Origin: a virus
Taxonomy: Duplodnaviria > Heunggongvirae > Uroviricota > Caudoviricetes
Direction: 5' to 3' (one strand)
DNA: 9,688 nucleotides
IMG/VR virus record: IMGVR_UViG_2541047758_000002
Location: 1-9,688 of that record
The notes beneath the pieces were generated by a model. That model worked only from the letters and a program-made list of their open reading frames with translations. It was not told where the DNA came from and did no database searches. Shown piece by piece: positions 5,834 to 9,688 of the stretch. How positions within the stretch are numbered: the first letter of the stretch is position 1; each line of letters begins with the position of its first letter. The position numbers and the translations under genes were made by a program.

Positions 5834-7024
5834 ATGAGTGACTATCATCACGGCGTGCAGGTGCTGGAGATTAACGACGGCACCCGCGTCATTTCCACCG
5901 TATCCACTGCCATTGTTGGCATGGTCTGCACGGCCAGCGATGCGGATGCGGAAACCTTCCCCCTCAATAAACCGGTGCTGATTACCAATGTGCAGAGCGC
6001 AATTGCAAAGGCCGGTAAAAAAGGCACGCTGGCGGCATCGTTGCAGGCCATCGCCGACCAGTCAAAACCGGTCACCGTTGTCGTGCGTGTGGAAGACGGC
6101 ACCGGCGACGACGAGGAAACGAAACTCGCGCAGACCGTTTCCAATATCATCGGCACCACCGACGAAAACGGTCAGTACACCGGACTGAAAGCCCTGCTGG
6201 CGGCGGAGTCGGTAACCGGTGTTAAACCGCGTATTCTCGGCGTGCCGGGACTGGACACCAAAGAGGTGGCGGTTGCACTGGCATCAGTATGTCAGAAGCT
6301 GCGCGCTTTCGGGTATATCAGCGCATGGGGCTGTAAAACCATTTCCGAGGTGAAAGCCTACCGCCAGAATTTCAGCCAGCGTGAGCTGATGGTCATCTGG
6401 CCGGATTTCCTCGCATGGGATACGGTCACCAGTACCACCGCCACCGCGTATGCCACTGCCCGTGCACTGGGCCTGCGCGCTAAAATCGACCAGGAGCAGG
6501 GCTGGCATAAAACGCTGTCCAATGTCGGGGTGAACGGTGTTACCGGCATCAGCGCATCTGTATTCTGGGATTTGCAGGAGTCCGGCACCGATGCTGACCT
6601 GCTTAACGAGTCAGGCGTCACAACGCTGATTCGCCGTGACGGTTTCCGCTTCTGGGGTAACCGTACCTGTTCTGATGACCCGCTGTTCCTCTTTGAAAAC
6701 TACACCCGCACCGCGCAGGTGCTGGCCGATACGATGGCTGAGGCGCACATGTGGGCGGTGGACAAGCCCATCACCGCAACGCTGATTCGCGACATCGTTG
6801 ACGGCATCAATGCCAAATTCCGTGAGCTGAAAACAAACGGCTATATCGTGGATGCGACCTGCTGGTTCAGCGAAGAATCCAACGATGCGGAAACCCTTAA
6901 GGCCGGAAAACTGTATATCGACTACGACTATACCCCGGTGCCTCCTCTTGAAAACCTGACCCTGCGCCAGCGTATTACCGATAAATACCTGGCAAATCTG
7001 GTCACCTCGGTTAACAGCAATTAA
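5834..7024 (+). CDS. FI: Contractile tail sheath protein (P2 gpFI-like)
   Basis: 396-aa ORF, the same length as P2 FI; GGAG ribosome-binding site upstream; followed by the tube gene. Confidence 0.92.
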   Translation: MSDYHHGVQVLEINDGTRVISTVSTAIVGMVCTASDADAETFPLNKPVLITNVQSAIAKAGKKGTLAASLQAIADQSKPVTVVVRVEDGTGDDEETKLAQTVSNIIGTTDENGQYTGLKALLAAESVTGVKPRILGVPGLDTKEVAVALASVCQKLRAFGYISAWGCKTISEVKAYRQNFSQRELMVIWPDFLAWDTVTSTTATAYATARALGLRAKIDQEQGWHKTLSNVGVNGVTGISASVFWDLQESGTDADLLNESGVTTLIRRDGFRFWGNRTCSDDPLFLFENYTRTAQVLADTMAEAHMWAVDKPITATLIRDIVDGINAKFRELKTNGYIVDATCWFSEESNDAETLKAGKLYIDYDYTPVPPLENLTLRQRITDKYLANLVTSVNSN

Positions 7025-7036
7025 GGAGCCTGACCG

Positions 7037-7555
7037 ATGGCAATGCCGCGCAAACTCAAGTTAATGAACGTCTTTCTGAACGGCTACAGCTATCAGGGCG
7101 TTGCAAAGTCCGTCACGCTGCCAAAACTGACCCGTAAGCTCGAAAACTATCGCGGTGCGGGGATGAACGGCAGCGCACCGGTAGACCTCGGCCTTGATGA
7201 CGATGCGCTGTCAATGGAGTGGTCGCTCGGGGGCTTCCCGGATTCGGTTATCTGGGAGCTTTACGCCGCAACCGGTGTGGATGCCGTGCCGATTCGTTTT
7301 GCAGGCTCTTACCAGCGCGACGATACCGGCGAAACGGTGGCCGTCGAAGTGGTCATGCGTGGGCGTCAGAAAGAAGTCGACACCGGCGAGGGTAAACAGG
7401 GAGAAGATACCGAGTCGAAAATCTCCGTGGTCTGCACCTATTTCCGGCTGACGATGGACGGTAAGGGGCTGGTCGAAATTGACACCATCAACATGATTGA
7501 GAAGGTGAACGGCGTCGACCGGCTGGAGCAACACCGCCGCAATATCGGCCTGTGA
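7037..7555 (+). CDS. FII: Tail tube protein (P2 gpFII-like)
   Basis: 172-aa ORF, the same length as P2 FII; strong AGGAG ribosome-binding site at about 7024..7028; synteny after the sheath gene. Confidence 0.92.
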   Translation: MAMPRKLKLMNVFLNGYSYQGVAKSVTLPKLTRKLENYRGAGMNGSAPVDLGLDDDALSMEWSLGGFPDSVIWELYAATGVDAVPIRFAGSYQRDDTGETVAVEVVMRGRQKEVDTGEGKQGEDTESKISVVCTYFRLTMDGKGLVEIDTINMIEKVNGVDRLEQHRRNIGL

Positions 7556-7562
7556 TTTTCAT

Positions 7563-7583
7563 CCGGTCAGCCAGGCTGACCGG
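7563..7583 (+). other. Perfect 9-bp stem / 3-nt loop hairpin in the FII-E intergenic region
   Basis: CCGGTCAGC-cag-GCTGACCGG, 8 nt after the FII stop; followed only by TT. Confidence 0.3.
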
Positions 7584-7611
7584 TTAACCCCGATTCAGAA
7601 GTGAGAAAACC

Positions 7612-7887
7612 ATGAACAAAGAAAATGTCATTACCCTGGACAATCCGGTCAAACGTGGTGAGCAGGTTATCGAACAGGTCACGCTGATGAAACCCAATGC
7701 CGGGACGCTGCGCGGTGTCAGTCTGGCTGCGGTTGCAAACTCCGAAGTCGATGCACTGATTAAGGTGCTGCCGCGCATGACGGCACCGATGCTGACCGAG
7801 CAGGAAGTCGCCGCGCTGGAACTGCCTGACCTTGTGGCGCTGGCCGGTAAGGTGGTCGGTTTTTTGTCGCCGAACTCGGTGCAGTGA
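7612..7887 (+). CDS. E: Tail assembly chaperone E (P2 gpE-like), zero-frame product
   Basis: 91-aa ORF, the same length as P2 gpE, between the tube and tape measure genes; contains the TTTTTTG slippery site near its 3' end. Confidence 0.88.
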   Translation: MNKENVITLDNPVKRGEQVIEQVTLMKPNAGTLRGVSLAAVANSEVDALIKVLPRMTAPMLTEQEVAALELPDLVALAGKVVGFLSPNSVQ

Positions 7888-8039
7888 CGTTTCCAAAAAA
7901 TCTCTCGGTCGATGACCTGATGGCGGATGTGGCAGTGATATTTCACTGGCCGCCATCAGAACTGTATCCCATGAGCCTGACCGAACTCAACACATGGCGC
8001 GAAAAGGCGCTCCGGCGAAGCGGAAACACGAATGAGTAA
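7612..8039 (+). CDS. E: Tail assembly chaperone E+E' made by programmed -1 ribosomal frameshift at 7860..7866
   Basis: The -1 frame downstream of the slippery heptamer is open to TAA at 8037..8039 (...VTFPKNLSVDDLMADVAVIFHWPPSELYPMSLTELNTWREKALRRSGNTNE*). The fusion would be about 142 aa, matching P2 gpE+E'. Confidence 0.75.
7860..7866 (+). promoter_or_regulatory. Slippery heptamer T-TTT-TTG for the -1 frameshift producing E+E'
   Basis: Sequence ttttttg read directly; same heptamer class as used by P2 E/E' and lambda G/GT. Confidence 0.7.
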
Positions 8040-9688
8040 CAATGTAAAATTACAGGTATTGCTCAGGGCTGTTGACCAGGCATCCCGCCCGTTTAAATCC
8101 ATCCGCACAGCGAGTAAGTCGCTGTCGGGGGATATCCGGGAAACACAAAAATCACTGCGCGAGCTGAACGGTCACGCATCCCGTATTGAGGGATTTCGCA
8201 AGACCAGTGCACAGCTCGCCGTGACTGGTCATGCACTTGAAAAGGCACGGCAGGAGGCCGAAGCCCTTGCCACACAGTTTAAAAATACCGAACGACCGAC
8301 CCGTGCTCAGGCGAAAGTGCTGGAATCCGCAAAGCGTGCGGTGGAGGACTTACAGGCGAAATATAACCGCCTGACGGATTCCGTTAAACGCCAGCAGCGG
8401 GAACTGGCCGCTGTGGGAATTAATACCCGCAATCTTGCACATGATGAGCAGGGACTGAAAAAACGTATCAGTGAAACCACCGCACAACTTAACCGTCAGC
8501 GCGACGCGCTGGCGCGTGTCAGTGCGCAACAGGCAAAACTTAACGCAGTAAAACAGCGTTATCAGGCCGGAAAGGAACTGGCCGGAAATATGGCCTCAGT
8601 AGGCGCTGCCGGTGTGGGGATTGCGGCGGCGGGAACGATGGCCGGAGTTAAGTTACTGATGCCCGGTTATGAGTTTGCGCAGAAAAACTCAGAATTGCAG
8701 GCCGTGCTCGGAGTGGCAAAAGACTCCGCCGAAATGACCGCACTACGCAAGCAGGCGCGCCAGCTTGGCGACAACACCGCCGCCTCGGCGGATGATGCAG
8801 CCGGTGCGCAGATTATCATTGCGAAAGCCGGCGGGGATGTTGATGCCATTCAGGCGGCAACGCCGGTCACGCTGAATATGGCGCTGGCGAACCGTCGCAC
8901 GATGGAAGAAAACGCCGCCCTGTTGATGGGGATGAAATCCGCCTTTCAGCTTTCAAACGATAAGGTCGCTCATATCGGGGATGTTCTCTCCATGACGATG
9001 AACAAAACCGCCGCCGATTTTGACGGCATGAGCGATGCGCTGACCTATGCCGCACCTGTGGCAAAAAATGCCGGTGTCAGCATTGAAGAAACCGCCGCAA
9101 TGGTCGGGGCGCTGCATGATGCAAAAATTACCGGTTCAATGGCGGGGACGGGAAGCCGTGCCGTGTTAAGCCGTCTGCAGGCACCGACGGGAAAAGCATG
9201 GGATGCACTGAAAGAGCTTGGTGTGAAAACCTCAGACAGCAAGGGAAACACCCGGCCAATATTTACCATTCTGAAAGAAATGCAGGCCAGTTTTGAGAAA
9301 AACCGGCTCGGTACTGCCCAGCAGGCTGAATACATGAAAACTATTTTCGGGGAGGAGGCCAGCTCAGCCGCCGCCGTGCTGATGACTGCCGCCTCAACCG
9401 GAAAGCTGGACAAACTGACCGCTGCGTTTAAAGCCTCGGACGGGAAGACCGCCGAGCTGGTAAATATCATGCAGGACAACCTCGGCGGTGACTTTAAAGA
9501 GTTTCAGTCCGCTTATGAGGCGGTGGGGACTGACCTGTTTGACCAGCAGGAAGGCGCACTGCGTAATCTCACACAGACGGCCACAAAGTATGTGTTAAAA
9601 CTCGATGGCTGGATCCAGAAAAACAAATCACTGGCGTCAACCATCGGCCTCATTGCCGGTGGCGCACTGGCGCTTACTGGCATCATCG
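8032..9688 (+). CDS. T: Tail tape measure protein (P2 gpT-like), N-terminal 552 codons; continues past the window end
   Basis: ATG at 8032 inside the E' stop (AATGAGTAA). The frame stays open to the window end (MSNNVKLQVLLRAVDQASRPFK...). Coiled-coil-like, Ala/Gln-rich composition typical of tape measure proteins; synteny after E/E'. Confidence 0.9.
   Translation, partial: MSNNVKLQVLLRAVDQASRPFKSIRTASKSLSGDIRETQKSLRELNGHASRIEGFRKTSAQLAVTGHALEKARQEAEALATQFKNTERPTRAQAKVLESAKRAVEDLQAKYNRLTDSVKRQQRELAAVGINTRNLAHDEQGLKKRISETTAQLNRQRDALARVSAQQAKLNAVKQRYQAGKELAGNMASVGAAGVGIAAAGTMAGVKLLMPGYEFAQKNSELQAVLGVAKDSAEMTALRKQARQLGDNTAASADDAAGAQIIIAKAGGDVDAIQAATPVTLNMALANRRTMEENAALLMGMKSAFQLSNDKVAHIGDVLSMTMNKTAADFDGMSDALTYAAPVAKNAGVSIEETAAMVGALHDAKITGSMAGTGSRAVLSRLQAPTGKAWDALKELGVKTSDSKGNTRPIFTILKEMQASFEKNRLGTAQQAEYMKTIFGEEASSAAAVLMTAASTGKLDKLTAAFKASDGKTAELVNIMQDNLGGDFKEFQSAYEAVGTDLFDQQEGALRNLTQTATKYVLKLDGWIQKNKSLASTIGLIAGGALALTGII

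Noticed and set aside
7567-7956. 129-aa and 120-aa - strand ORFs overlapping E/E'
   Set aside because: Antisense to the chaperone gene and its frameshift extension; on the + strand this region is already explained by E and E'.
9045-9479. 144-aa - strand ORF within the tape measure gene (also 8667..8849 and 8867..9064)
   Set aside because: Antisense shadows of the long open + frame of T.
1-9688. CRISPR arrays, tRNA or rRNA genes, insertion sequences, or additional crossover sites that would indicate a multi-segment shufflon
   Set aside because: No direct-repeat/spacer periodicity, no cloverleaf-like or rRNA-like stretches, no transposase ORF. Apart from the two sites reported, the only further occurrence of the TAGGAGAA / TTCTCCTA half-site core that I noted is the V/W junction (GGGAGTCCTCTATGACAGCG, around 804..823), which is the gene-overlap context and lacks the 12-2-12 site architecture, so I did not treat it as a crossover site.

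Overview
This window reads as the tail-morphogenesis module of a P2-type (peduovirus-like) myovirus, most likely a prophage in an enterobacterial genome. Gene order on the + strand is S (3' end) - V - W - J - I - H - tail-fibre assembly - [second assembly gene and silent fibre cassette on the - strand] - serine DNA invertase - FI (sheath) - FII (tube) - E/E' (frameshifted chaperone) - T (tape measure, 5' part runs off the window). The most notable feature is a Mu G-segment / P1 C-segment / e14 P-segment-type invertible host-range switch built into the tail-fibre gene. It consists of a roughly 1.6 kb AT-richer segment (about 3504..5112) bounded by two inverted 26-bp hix/gix-like crossover sites, and carries two alternative fibre C-termini, each with its own assembly chaperone in opposite orientations. 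A Hin/Gin/Cin/Pin-family invertase gene lies immediately to the right. By my own frame arithmetic, inversion would fuse the constant part of H in frame to the silent cassette. All protein identities come from reading the translations and from recalled knowledge of P2, Mu and Hin-family systems; no database search was run. I see no tRNA, rRNA, CRISPR array or transposon, and no separate defence operon.
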